The notes under the pieces are model-generated. The model made no database searches. It worked only from the letters and a program-made list of their open reading frames with translations, and was not told where the DNA came from. Of a DNA stretch of 64,000 nucleotides, positions 27,522-41,699 are shown one piece after another. Within the stretch, counting starts at the first letter, position 1. The number at the start of each line of letters is the position of its first letter. Origin of the DNA: Eledone cirrhosa (Eukaryota); the NCBI GenBank assembly GCA_964016885.1, contig OZ024766.1:1116001-1180000 (forward strand), in the 5' to 3' direction. The translations under genes were made by a program, and so were the position numbers.

Positions 27522-29938
27522 TTGTTGGTAAAGACTAACTTATTGAGTCCTACAAATCTGACTACAGCTCATATTTCACATATATTCCACCTTTTGGCAT
27601 GGGTTCTACAGCAGGATGAATATCTTAGCACCAACCACTTTACAGAGTGTACTGGGTGTATTTTATCATGACACCAACACCGGATGCCCTTCCTGCTTCC
27701 AACTGAATCTCCCTGAGAATTACATAAATTTGGAACATACTGGGTCAAACACAGAGTGACACTGAATCTCCCTGAGAGGTACGTAAATAACATGTGATCA
27801 AATAAGTGATGAAAGGTCCACAAAAAGTCTCCTTCATCAAGACTGACCTAGGGCTAAATACTCATGTTACATTTATATGTTGTTAGTAGTAGTAGTAGTG
27901 GTGGTAGTGGTGGTGGTGGTAGTGGTGGTAGTAGAGGTAGTAGTGGTGGTAGTAGCAATAGTAGTAGTGGTAATAGTAGTAGTAGTAGTGGTGGTGGTGG
28001 TATTAGTAGTAGTAGTACTAGTAGTAGTAGTAGTGGTAGTAGTAGTGGAAACTGTTTGTAGGACAACTGAGGCAGCTTCAGTTATAAATCAATAGAAAGT
28101 AGCTAGAGTGGTGGTGAGAGGTGGTAATATAGAGAGAGTGGTGGTGAGAGGTGGTAATGTGGTGAGAGGTGGTGATATAGAGAGAGAGCAGAGATAGATA
28201 GATAGATAGATAGATAGATATATAGATAGATAGATAAGTAGGTATTTAGTCATTGATTTAGGCAAACATAAAATGTACCAAAATTAAAACAGTTGGTAAA
28301 GTGACATGACACTGCGTTTCCCAGGGGGGAAGTCTCAAAAATCTACCATGTGTCCAGGGGGACCAAATCTTTCAAATGCACAACTTGCTGTCTTTGTGCG
28401 AGGAGAGACTTCAACTTTTCAGATCTTTCAAGAATTTATTCGGTTAATTCCTATGAAGGAAGACCACGAAAAACATGCATGGAGGTGGTGAGAGCTGACC
28501 TCAGATCGCTGAAGCTCACAGAGGAGATGATGAAGGACCGTGACGAATGGAGAGATGCTGTGCTGAATAGGACCCGTCCAACCCTTGCAAGCAGGGAAAA
28601 GTGGACGTAAAATGATGATGATGATGATTTGCATAGACGATTTGAGAGAGAAACTGTATAAGAGGGATAAGTTGTAGTGTGTGGGAGAAAAGACTGTGTT
28701 GGTATGGACATGTGATGTGCATGGAGGATGACCACTGGGTAAAGAAGTGCCAAGAAATTCCAGTGGAAGGAAGACGCAGTAGAGGAAGACCACGAAAATC
28801 ATGGGCGGAGGTGGTGAGAGGTGACCTCAGATCACGAAGGAGATGACGAAGGACCGTGTCAAGTGACAGGGAAAAGTGGACGTAAAATGATGATGATGAT
28901 AATGATATATATTATCACATGGTCAACAAGACAGGTGCAATATGGCCGAACACGGAAGAGCCGAATTCCCACTGTCATTGCCTCCATCTCTCTCACCCTC
29001 GCCATTTCACTGTATGGTGTGCAAATGAGGTCCCATGTGTTGGCCACCCCATAGCCCCGGCGGACAGGATGAAGGAGGCGTTTCCCCAGAGGATGGTAAG
29101 GGAGATGCGCTGGAAGAATCAATTAATCTTGTTCTTAAATTGTTCTTAGTTTGCTTCAACTTGGTCAAATTCTCAACAAAGTTTCGAAGATGTATGCTTG
29201 GTTGTTCACGCACATTGACATCGCACATCCAACGGAGCATGCTTGCCTCATTTCTCTCCAACCACAGTTGCTGCCCATGTCTCACTACCATGTTGCTGTC
29301 CGTGTCTCACTACCATGTTGCTGCCCATGTCTCACTACCATGTTGCTGCCCATGTCTCACTACCATGTGGCTGCCCATGTCTCATTACCATGCATATATG
29401 TGTATATATTTTCAAAACATGTTTGGAGACATGGACATGGAGTATATTTCATTTCAGTGGTCTAGTTTCTACAAAGGTACATCTTGACAATACCTTGCTC
29501 TATCTAGGGTACAACAGAGATACAACCACATGTGAAGGTTCATGACTTAGTGGTTAGAGCATTGGGCTTGCAATTGAGAGGTTGTGAGTTCAATTCTAGG
29601 GCCGAGTGATGTGTTGTTTACTTGAGCAAGACACTTTATTTCACATTGCTCCAGTTTACTCAGCTGTAGAAATGAGATGATAGGGACTGGGGTCCCTATC
29701 ATTAAATCACCCAAGACACCTCCAACGAGATATACCTTGGAGGAGGCCGCTAAACCTGCAAAGGTGTGAGCTGTCGCACACACACACACACACATAGGTG
29801 TGAGCTGTCACAACAACAACAACAGCCACAGCTCCAGCGTGGCAACATTTTACGAAATAAAGGATGTCGATAGATTGATGACAGAACGGAATTTATCCCC
29901 TGTGTGTGTGGGGTGGGGGGGTATATACACTTTTCATT

Positions 29939-30009
<71 letters not shown>

Positions 30010-30028
30010 ATATGTGTGTGTGTGTATA

Positions 30029-30074
<46 letters not shown>

Positions 30075-30205
30075 AGCAAAGGGATATTTAATTTGTTGGT
30101 AATTCAACAAATATATTTATAACAGATTCGAAGCACTCAACAAGTTTTCTGGAGTATAATATCAATGATATTAATAAATGGAAACTATATTTATAAAACC
30201 ATATT

Positions 30206-30266
30206 TATTCTATTATATATATTTCAAGGGCACCAAAACTTTGGTACGTTCTCATCAGATAAAATA
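30206..30266 (-). ncRNA. Type I hammerhead motif (family A)
   Basis: Minus: TATTTTAT-CTGATGA-gaacgtaccaaagttttggtgccctt-GAAA-T-ATAT-A-TA-ATAGAATA. Stem I 8 bp with one GU pair. Confidence 0.7.
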
Positions 30267-30392
30267 CAAAGTTTGTTTTATAAATATTGACATATCCTTA
30301 ACGGTTCAAGTTTTACATGGATAGTATATATATATTTATATATTTATATATATAAATAAATAAATGTATATAGATAGATGTGCATATGTATG

Positions 30393-30520
<128 letters not shown>

Positions 30521-30737
30521 TGCATATATATATATATAGAGAGAGAGATGTATATATATATATATGTATACACAAAGACAAAGAGATAAATATATATATA
30601 TATATATAGGGAGAGGGGAGGGAATAAATAAAAATAAGAAATATATATACATGTGACTGTGTGTGTATATATATAAAGAGAGAGAGATAAATAGATAGAC
30701 ATATACAAGTGAGTGTGTGTAGGAATATAAAAACCGT

Positions 30738-30794
<57 letters not shown>

Positions 30795-30964
30795 CACACA
30801 CACACACATAATCAGCACAATATGGATGACGTAATTGGTGGTGAACACTAAAACGTCTGACATCAACACAATTATCGATGACGTAATGCACATGTCAACA
30901 TTAAAATAATGACGTAATGAAACCAGAACGTTTCTCTTCTTAATAAACATCAGAGATACATTGT

Positions 30965-31013
<49 letters not shown>

Positions 31014-31046
31014 ATATGTATGTATATATATATATATATAAAAATG

Positions 31047-31085
<39 letters not shown>

Positions 31086-31169
31086 TTATACATGTGAATA
31101 TATATATATATATAACATATAATATATGTATATATATATATATACACACACATACACAGAGAGAGAGAT

Positions 31170-31209
<40 letters not shown>

Positions 31210-31401
31210 TCTTTGAAAGACTATTACATGTCAATATCTCAATACACAGTAATACTGTGTATTATACAGACACATGTGTGTATTATATACACACATGTGT
31301 GTATAATACACACATGTGTGTATATAATATTACTAGAATTATTCTTAATACAAAATATACAATATACTATAATTTAACATTTGAAAATACAAATTTGCAG
31401 A

Positions 31402-31464
<63 letters not shown>

Positions 31465-31487
31465 GTGTGTATGTATATATATATATT

Positions 31488-31535
<48 letters not shown>

Positions 31536-31601
31536 CAAATTGACTCCATATATATATGGAGTCAAATATACTTTATATATATATATACATATAGAGTCAA
31601 C

Positions 31602-31648
<47 letters not shown>

Positions 31649-31742
31649 GGAGGTCAAACGATGATGATGGTGATATATATATATATACTAGAGTTAATTT
31701 GTGTATATATACATATAAACATACAAACATATATACACATAT

Positions 31743-31790
<48 letters not shown>

Positions 31791-32754
31791 GCACAATAAT
31801 ATATATATATATACACACAAATGCATATATATCCATACATATAAACATACACACACAAACATACATATACACAGCAATATATGTAGCTAAGAACGAGTGT
31901 ATATAGTTGAAATGTTTATTGTTTCAGTAATTTTGTGTTTATCTTTTGCGACTGCCTCACTTCTAACTCTCCAGTCAGACCACTGTTACATCTGATGTGT
32001 GTGTGTATATATATATATATATACATATACATACACACATATATAAACATATATATATATATATACACACATATATATACATACACACACATATATATAC
32101 ATATATATATACATACATACATACATATACATATATATATATATATACATACATATATATATATAGATATATATACATATACATATATACATATCATTTC
32201 ATTTCATTTTACGTCCACTTTTCCCTGCTTGCAAGGGTGGGACGGGAACTGATTCTGGCTTGATTTCTACAGCTGGATGCCCTTCCTAACACCAACCTCA
32301 TTTACAGTGAGTACTGGGTGCTTTTTTGCCGTGGCACCTCCATGACCACTTTGCAGTGGAATGATAGGGACCCCAGTCCCTATCATCTCATTTCTACAGC
32401 TGAGTAAACTGGAGCAATGTGAAATAAAGTGCCTTGCTCAAGGAAACAACACATCAGCCGGTCTGAGAATTGAACTCACAACCTTTCGATTGCAAGGCCA
32501 ATGCTCTAACCACTAAGCCATGTGCCTCCCTATAGATATATATACATATACATATATACACATATATATATATATACATATACATATATATATACATATA
32601 TATATAAATATATATATATGTATATATATATATGTATACATATATATATATATATATGTATACATATATATATACATATATATATATATAAATATATATG
32701 TATACATGTACAATGATATTAAATAAATGGAAACTATATTTATAAAACCATATT

Positions 32755-32815
32755 TATTCTATTATATATATTTCAAGGGTACCAAAACTTTGGTATGCTC
32801 TCATCAGATAAAATT
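32755..32815 (-). ncRNA. Type I hammerhead motif (family A)
   Basis: Minus: ATTTTAT-CTGATGA-gagcataccaaagttttggtaccctt-GAAA-TATATA-TA-ATAGAAT. Confidence 0.68.
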
Positions 32816-33182
32816 CGAAGTGTGTTTTATAAATTTTGACATAACCAAGAAAAATACCATAACGGTTTTCCTTGGATAGACTATCCAAGGGAAACTTGAA
32901 CCCTTAAGGTATTTTTCTTGGTTATGTTAATATTTATAAAAGGCAAAGTTAACCTCGGCGGGATTTAAACTCAGATCATAAAGGGCCATAACTATATGCT
33001 GTAAAGCATGGCGTCCGACCCTCCACCGATACTGCCAATCCTATAATAAGGAAAATGTCAGGTTATTAAAATCATAAATGTAATAATAATAAAATATTGC
33101 TCTAGGGTTCTTATATATTTGATATATATTTATCCTTATTGAGCCCTCTTTGGATTTTAGTCTTCACATTTATTATTATTAC

Positions 33183-33219
<37 letters not shown>

Positions 33220-33463
33220 ATACATGTGTGTATATATGTCAACTTATCCCTCAAATCTCTTCTCATCTACATCAACTACAACAGTACCAACAACAACAAC
33301 CTAATCTATGACCTATTATTCTAAATTAATTGATTGGTTTTCTAGTTAGCTTTGTTATATAACGACTGGTGTTGTGGTAGTAGTAGTAGTGGTGGTGGTG
33401 GTGTTAATAGTAGTAGTAGTAGTAGTGGTGGTGGTGGTGGTGGTGGTGGTGGTGGTGGTGGTG

Positions 33464-33495
<32 letters not shown>

Positions 33496-33637
33496 GGCAG
33501 TGGTAGTAGTGGTGGTGGTTGTTGTTGTGGTGGTGGTGGTAGTAGTAGTGGTAGTGGTAGTAGTGGTGGTGGTTGTGGTGATGGAGGTGGTAGTAGTAGT
33601 AGTGGTAGTGGTGGTGGAGGTGGTAGTAGTAGTGGTG

Positions 33638-33669
<32 letters not shown>

Positions 33670-33969
33670 GGTTGTGGTGGTGGTGGAGGTGGTAGTAGTG
33701 GTGGTGGTGGTAGTGGTGGTAGTAGTATATATCAATATGCACACGTGCATACACATTACATATATATATAATGTGTGTAGTGTATGTATATATATATATA
33801 TGTAATATATAAATATATATATACATATATATATACATATGTAATATATATATACATACCGTCTAACCCATGCTAGCGTAGAAAATGGACGTTAAACGAA
33901 GATGATGATGATATATACATATGTAATATATATATATATATGTAATATATATATATATATAATATATAT

Positions 33970-34012
<43 letters not shown>

Positions 34013-34068
34013 TGTTATATATATATATATATGTAATATATATGTATATGTAATATATATATATATAT

Positions 34069-34105
<37 letters not shown>

Positions 34106-34321
34106 CATATATATATATATTAGATATATATATATATATATGTAATATATATATATATATATATATATGACCAAAGTTTATATGGTTCGTTGATTATTCG
34201 ATGAATACAATTTTACAATGGATTAGAAGCACTCAACAGATATTTTCTGGAGTATTTAATATTATTCAAAATATTAATAAATGAAAAATATTCTCATAAC
34301 CAAAATATATTTTATTATATA

Positions 34322-34953
34322 CTAGCAGTGGTACCCGGTGTTACACGGGATAAGGTATTTTGGAACGCGGGCCGCCAACAGACCTAATCGTGGAAGAACT
34401 CCATGCCAGGACAATATGTAAAGAAAATAAACCGAATACTCTGATGGCTGGATAATCATTAAGATTTTCCTCGATGAAGCAGGAAAAATGCAGGTTTTCA
34501 CCTAATGCGGGCCCTAGGGGATCAAGAAAATGAATTTTTTTTATGTGTATAATATGCCTTGAAATTTCGGGAAAATCGGCGAGACGTAACGCTTCAAAAA
34601 AGCCCTAAAAATCTGAAAAAACGAACTTTTTCACCTAATGCGGGCCCTAGGCCATAAAAAAGTTGGATTTTCTTTGCTCATGGTATGAAGAAGAGACTGA
34701 CTAATACATAGTTACAATTTCAAGGAAATCGGTCTGACGTAACGCCTCAAAAAACCCCTAAAAACTGAAAAAAATGCAGTTTTTCCCCTAAAGCGGGCCC
34801 TACGGTATCAAAAAGTTGAATTTTTTTATGCGCATAACACTCCCTGAAACATAAGTAATACACATGTAAAGTTTGAAAAATATTGGTTGGGTACTTCTCG
34901 AGTTTTAGGGATTCAAAATGACACACAGACACCGTCAGTTTTATATATATAGA
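34322..34953 (-). mobile_element. Non-autonomous Helitron (632 bp)
   Basis: Minus strand starts TC, ends with a GC-rich hairpin plus CTAG, and sits between A and T with no TSD. Three internal repeats contain gcgggccctag/c. Confidence 0.8.
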
Positions 34954-35493
34954 TATTTCAAAGGTACAATGGTGTTTTAGTAGGTTTTCATCAGAGATTG
35001 GATATGTGAGGCACAGCCAAGGTTTTGATTATTCAATTCCTGTAGTGGTGGTGGTGTTGGTGATGTGTTTGTGGTGGTGTGGTGGTGGTGGTAGTGATGT
35101 GTTTGTGGTGGTGTGTTGGTGGTGGTGTGTTGGTGGTGGTGTGTTGGTGGTGGTGGTGGTGGTGGTGGTGGTGTGTTGGTGTTCTGTCAATGTTATCAAT
35201 GGTGACCTTGAGGGACATCAACAAGATTGATCGACTTCAGAAAAAATTTAAAACAAGAAAGATCCCACAACTCCTTGTGAAGTTGGAGAGCACATACGGC
35301 GTATGTAGGGCACATTTAACCCTTTGGTATTTAAACAGGCCATATCAGGCCAGAATCCTCTCACCTCTTTCTGTTCAAACCAGCTGTAACTGGCCACTCA
35401 TACTGATTTTAAGGTATTGTTCTCAAAATAAATATCAAAATTTCATAGATTTGATATTATGTGAGGTAAAGTGTTTACTGTGACAATACAATA

Positions 35494-35790
35494 GAAGAAG
35501 AAGAAGAAGAAGAAGCCAAAGAAGAAGAAGAAGAAGAAGAAGAAGAAGCCAAAGAAGAAGAAGAAGAAAAAGAAGAAAAAGAAGAAGAAGAAGAAGAAGC
35601 CAAAGAAGAAGAAGAAGAAGAAGAAAAAGAAGAAGAAGAAGAAGAAAAAGAAGTCAAAGAAGAATAAGAAAGCAAAGAAGAATAAGAAAGCAAAGAAGAA
35701 GAAGAAGCCAAAGAAGAAGAAGTCAAAGAAGAATAAGAAGAAGGCAAAGAAGAATAAGAAGAAGGCAAAGAAGAAGAAGGAAGAAGAAGA
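35494..35790. repeat. (GAA)n-rich purine tract
   Basis: gaa repeats interrupted by gccaaa/ggcaaa. Confidence 0.95.
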
Positions 35791-36655
35791 TGTAGGGTGG
35801 GAACATGTATTGTGAAATCATTCAAGGTTGTAAGATTATGCGAATGACTCGTTAGGATTAACTAATTAATAAAATAGATTAACGGATTAATGCTGTTGTT
35901 GTTGTTTGTGCTTTATAACTAGTAGTAGGAATAGTAGTGGTGGTGGTAGTGGTGGTGGTGGTGGTGGTAGTAGTAGTAGTAGCAGCAGCAGTAGTGGTAG
36001 TGGTAGTAATAGTAGCAGCAACATCAGTAGTAGTAGTAGTAGTAGTAGCATTGTCAATATAACAGGAGGAAACGTAATAGTACCGATGATGATGTCACAG
36101 ATGTGTGATGAAAGAACTTTGATAGACTATATATATATATATATTTATATCTGTATTTTTAACTGTTGGTCAGTCAATGATAAACATTGATTGCCAAATA
36201 AATTAACTATGGAGATATAAAAGATACAGAAGTGAAAACCAACCATACAGTGAGTGTATTCTGTTGTTATTTCTGGCAATATTATTACAACACTATGACA
36301 CTTCCAAAGTATAACAATATATATATATATATATATGGTGAGAACAGACCTCAGATCGCTGAAGCTCACGGTGGAGATGACGAAGGACCGTGACAAGTAG
36401 AGAGATACTGTGCTGAATAAGACCCGTCCCACCCTTGCAAGCAGGGAAAAGTGGACGTAAAATGATGATGATGATGATATATATATATATATATATATAT
36501 TGTGAGCAAATAACTGACAAAAACAAGATGGTTTAGGACAGAACAAAGGAGAGACAGAAAATAAAAACCCAGTCACTGAGGAGGTCACAGAATGTGTGAC
36601 GGAAGAGCTATATATATTCAGCCATGTTGAGCAAGAAATCTTTAAAAAATATATT

Positions 36656-36699
<44 letters not shown>

Positions 36700-36751
36700 T
36701 GTATCTATAAATATATGTGTATATATATATATGTGTGTGTGTATATATATG

Positions 36752-36782
<31 letters not shown>

Positions 36783-37474
36783 GTGTATGTATAAAGTATA
36801 TATAGGGTATATATAGAATATGTATATAGGGTATATATAGAGTATATATAGGGTATGGAGTGTATATATAGAGTATATATAGAATATATATATAGGGTAT
36901 ATATAGAGTATATATAGAGTATATATAGAGTATATATAGAGTATATATAGAGTATATATAGGGTATGGAGTGTATATATAGAATATATATATAGGGTATA
37001 TATAGAATATATATATAGGGTATATATAGAGTATGTATAGGGTATATATATAGAGTATATATATAGGGTATGGAGTGTATATATAGGGTATATATATAGG
37101 GTATGGAGTGTATATATAGAGCATGCTGCGATGTCACTGGTGCCAAGCTGTATTAGCCATTGCCATGGATAACACCGGTGGAGAGGAGGAGACTGGTATG
37201 TCTGTGGGGACTGCTGGTCTTCCACAAACCTCGGAACTTTCTAGATGTAGATCCCATGTTCATTTGTGACCGAGAGGGGTCTTTACCCTACCTTTATCTA
37301 TCAATTGCAACTGAATCAATAGTAGAATGTAGAGTTTGATGTAGGAAGACAGGATGGTCATATCTGGAAGGTCGTTTCTTGAAAGTCTAACCAAACAAGA
37401 AACTGTGTAACACCAACTTCTGTAGAAACAGCGCTCACTCACAATTTGCAATTATCCCAAAACGAAAGACCAGC

Positions 37475-37527
<53 letters not shown>

Positions 37528-37598
37528 TATACATATATATATATATATACATATATAATCATCACCATTTTACCTACATTTTCCACACTAACATGTGT

Positions 37599-37640
<42 letters not shown>

Positions 37641-37766
37641 ATACATATCTATATCTATATACATATCTATATGGATATACATATATATATATATATACAT
37701 ATCTATATCTATATACATATCTATATGGATATACATATATATATGTATATATGTATATATATATAT

Positions 37767-37844
<78 letters not shown>

Positions 37845-38949
37845 GTGTGTGTATATCTGTATATATATATATATATATATTGGCTGCTTTGTGTCTATGT
37901 GTGTATGAGTGTGTGATAATATGTAAATATATATACATATATATACACACACGTATATATACATAACATATATATATATAATATATATATGGAGAGAGAG
38001 GGGGGGGGATCTGGAGGGTTGCCAACAAGCTTGTTAAGTACTCCCAAGGAAATGTTGGCAGTGATGGGGGGTGGGGGGTAGTGATGGTGGTGGTGGTAGT
38101 GGTGGTGGAGTGGTGGTGGAGTGGTGTTGGTGGTGGTGGTGGTGGTGATGGAGTGGTGGTGGTGTTGGTGGTAGTGGTGGAGTGGTGGAGTGGTGCCGGC
38201 AGTGGTGGTGGAGTGGTGCCGGCAGTAGTGGTGGAGTGGTGGTGGTAGTGGTGGTGGTGGAGTGGTGCCGGCAGTGGTGGTGGTGGTGGTGGTGGAGTGG
38301 TGGTGGTGGTGGAGTGGTGCTGGCAGTGGTGGTGGTGGTGGTGGTGGAGTGGTGCCGGCAGTGGTGGTGGTGGTGGTGGTGGAGTGGTGCCGGCAGTGGT
38401 GGTGGTGGTGGTGGTGGAGTGGTGCCGGCAGTGGTGGTGGTGGAGTGGTGCCGGCAGTGGTGGTGGTGGTAGTGGTGGGGCTTTCAGAAACACAACTAAC
38501 TGACTGAAAATAAATTTAAGGTCATTTCTTGTAAACAGCTAATATGTCTGATTTACTGTCTGTTCAATAACCCCCCCCCCCCCCCACACACACACACACA
38601 CACTCACCACCCCACTTACCCCTCCATCTATTTCACCCACAATATCCTATATTCTACACAACATTGTCCTGGGTATGACATTAAACTACATCCAGTGGCA
38701 AGGCTCCAGTTTGGGAGTTCAGGAGCTGTGGGGGAATGTGGAGTTACCCCTCAGTTGTCATAACTCCCAGGTCTGCTCTCGCCTGGAGTAGTAGTACCTG
38801 TTAGAGCCCCATTTATGGGTTAAATAATTACATTATTCGAGTGGCGCCGGTAAGGTATTATCAGCCACTGAAAAGAGCCATGGAGAGTCGATTTAACAGC
38901 ACTAGGGTTAGAGCCCCTAACTACACTGTCTTATCAACACTGCCACTTC

Positions 38950-39640
38950 ACCCCCAAAATGTACAAATGTCTGCCTCAGAAAGATGCTTGGTATCAAGTG
39001 GCAGATACATGTGAGTGATGTTGAGGTCCTTGAGAGAAGTGAGCATCATAACATTGAGAGTATCATCCACCAACGACATTTGTGATGAACCAGGCACCTC
39101 TGCAAAATGGAGGAGGATCGAATCCCAAAACAATTCTTGTATGGCAAGCTTTGTGAGGGTAGGAGACCACCTCACAAACCAAAGCTCTGATTCAAGGATT
39201 GTGTAAAGGACGCATTGAAAAAAACTGGTTTGATAGTGGCTGACTGGGAGATAGAAACTCTTGAAATAGAAACTTGGCGCGGAATGGTGAATGATGGGTC
39301 CATAATTTTGAGGACAGACGCATAGAGCACGAGAAGATCAAACGGGATGTGCGTCAGCAATGCCCTGGTGTATCTCTCGAAACAATCGGTGTCTCCATTG
39401 AATTGGTGTGCCCTGAGTGTGGAAAGATTTGCTTGAGCAAATCTGGTCTCAGGAGCCACAGTTGCAGCCATGTTCAAAGAGAACCAGTGAACTATGATCT
39501 CCACAGTATTGTGAGGGTTCACAGGCAACCTGATGCAAGACCTGAGGCCAGGGAGATCCATAGTTGTCGTCAGTGTGTGAAGGAGTGCGAGTCTCTAGCA
39601 GGCTAGAAAAGCCATATCCGAGCATCACACATCTGAATCT
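38950..39640 (+). mobile_element. Decayed RTE/BovB-like LINE C-terminus with C2H2-like fingers
   Basis: MEEDRIPKQFLYGKL...FKDCVKDALK; CPECGKICLSKSGLRSH; several stops. Confidence 0.7.
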
Positions 39641-41169
39641 GACAAGTGATTGCAATACTCTTAGCAGAGTTTGCAGCTATCATGTGTATATGTATACATG
39701 TATATATGCATGTATGTGTGTATATATGTAAGTGTATATATATTTTGCATGGTTGGGTTGTCGGCGACTAAGCCGACAACCCCGCCAATTTTACTTGGAA
39801 AGGAGGGTGATTTGGAGCACCCTGCAGGACAAAAAACAAAACCTGACAAAGGGCAGAAGAACTCATAAGAGTCAATGACTATCCGAATATGTGTAAATAT
39901 GTATATATATGTATGCATGTGTTTATATACATATATATTTATATATATACATATGTATGTGTATGTAAATACATGGGGACATAGAAATAATCGGGCTGGA
40001 TACCCGATTGCATGGTTAAACCACTGGGAGTGAAGGACCCCTAGCCTCTGTCAGAGCATTCTTCTAGAGGAACTGGGATAACTTCGAAATAAAACCTGGG
40101 CTCAGTAGTTACTGATGATGTTAATCTTTTCTTCTTTCCGGATTATAGCTACTGTCGCTCAGAGACTGGGATTGGCTCAGTGCACAGTCTTTCCTCACTT
40201 TAAAAAATATCTTCATGCACAGGCATTGCACGATCGATTTGAACTCCGAAAGAAGGGAGCTACAACGAATACCATTGAGCATTCTATCTGAAATTCTAAC
40301 GACTGCCAATTCACCACCTTCCAAACCATACCACTCAGTCTATTGATTTCTCTCTATACTCTGTGATTGATAACCAATTGAAATATACATTATATTAATC
40401 AGATCACAATAATGTTATGAGGGAATCTGTGTTTTCAGCAAACTGAAATTTCAAACCAAAAGCTTCGGGCTTGCTCTTAGCTTTCGAATCTAGAGTCGTT
40501 AGTCCAGTGGTTCCCAAACCTGTGTTTTAATCATGGCACATTTTTAAAAGAGTAAAAATATGCTGGCTCACTTTCTACCATTTTTATATAAATTTCAGCG
40601 ATTCTGTCACAACACGTAAAGAGAGAGTAGTCTGACAACCTCATACTACTCCTCTCTCTTTACGCCTGGCAAATTATAATAATTGTTTCTACTTTTGGCA
40701 CAAGGCCAGCAATTATCCCAGTACATTACTGGTACTTTATTTTATTGATCCCGTAAGGATGAAAGGCAAAGTTAAATTGTTTCTACTTTTGGCACAAGGC
40801 CAGGCAATTATCGCAGTACGTTACTGGTACTTTATGACATAAAGCAATATTGGTATGGAAGAGTGGAGGGGCAGGGAATAACGACACTCTGTCGATCAAT
40901 GGAACAGCCAGCTTATGAAATTAACAGGCAAGTGGCTGAGCATTCCATAGACATGTGTATCCATAATGTAGCTCTCAGGGAGATTCAGCATGACACAGAA
41001 TGTGACAAGTTTGGCCCTTTGAATTACAGGTACAACTTATTTTGGCCAGCGACATAAAGTAAAGTGTCTTGCTCGAGGACACAGTGGACTGGAGCAATGT
41101 GGAATAAAGTGTCTTGCACAAGGACACAATGCTCCGATGAGAATTGAACCCGTGAACTAACCACAGATA

Positions 41170-41567
41170 TCAAACGCAGTCATACGATGCTAGGGGTTAC
41201 ATAACTGGGCCCCCCAAAATAAAGACACCTAAAAGTAGCGTATCAAACACAGTCATATGATGCTAGGGGTTACACAACTGGGCCCCCCAAAATGGGGGTC
41301 ATTAAAGACTTACCTTGAAGTAATATATGAAATAGAGACAAATGTTAAGGAGTTGACACAACTGAGCCCCGAAATAGGGGTCATTAAAAACTTACCTAAA
41401 AGTTGTCTATGAAATAGAGACATATGTTAAGGGGTTGACATAATTGGGCCCCGAAATAGGGGTCATTAAAAACTTACCTAAAAGTTTTCTATGAAATAGA
41501 GACATATGTTAAGGGGTTCACATAACTGGGCCCCAAAAACCACAAACGAGCAGAGATAAAAACTTAC
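41170..41567. repeat. ~82-bp tandem repeat resembling the kinase exon 3' end plus donor
   Basis: acttac at 41308, 41390, 41472 and the true donor at 41562. Units share atg..gggt..ac.taactg..ccccaaaa with the exon. Confidence 0.75.
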
Positions 41568-41696
41568 CTTAAGTGTCTCATACAAACGTATGATGTTCGG
41601 GTGACGTAACTGCCCCAAAATCCGGGCTTCTCGATGTAGGTTTGTCCGCATATACTCCTCTTTCAATTTTCTCGTATCAATGATTTTTATTGCCAC
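41568..41696 (-). CDS. Internal exon of an AMPK-related (CAMK group) Ser/Thr kinase, subdomains II-IV, HUNK/MARK/SIK-like
   Basis: Translates [43 protein letters not shown] (43 codons): catalytic VAIK lysine, alphaC Glu (REAR) and HPNII motif. Bounded by a CAG acceptor (plus ctg 41697-41699) and an AAG|GTAAGT donor (plus acttac 41562-41567). Phase 0-0. Confidence 0.93.
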
Positions 41697-41699
41697 CTG

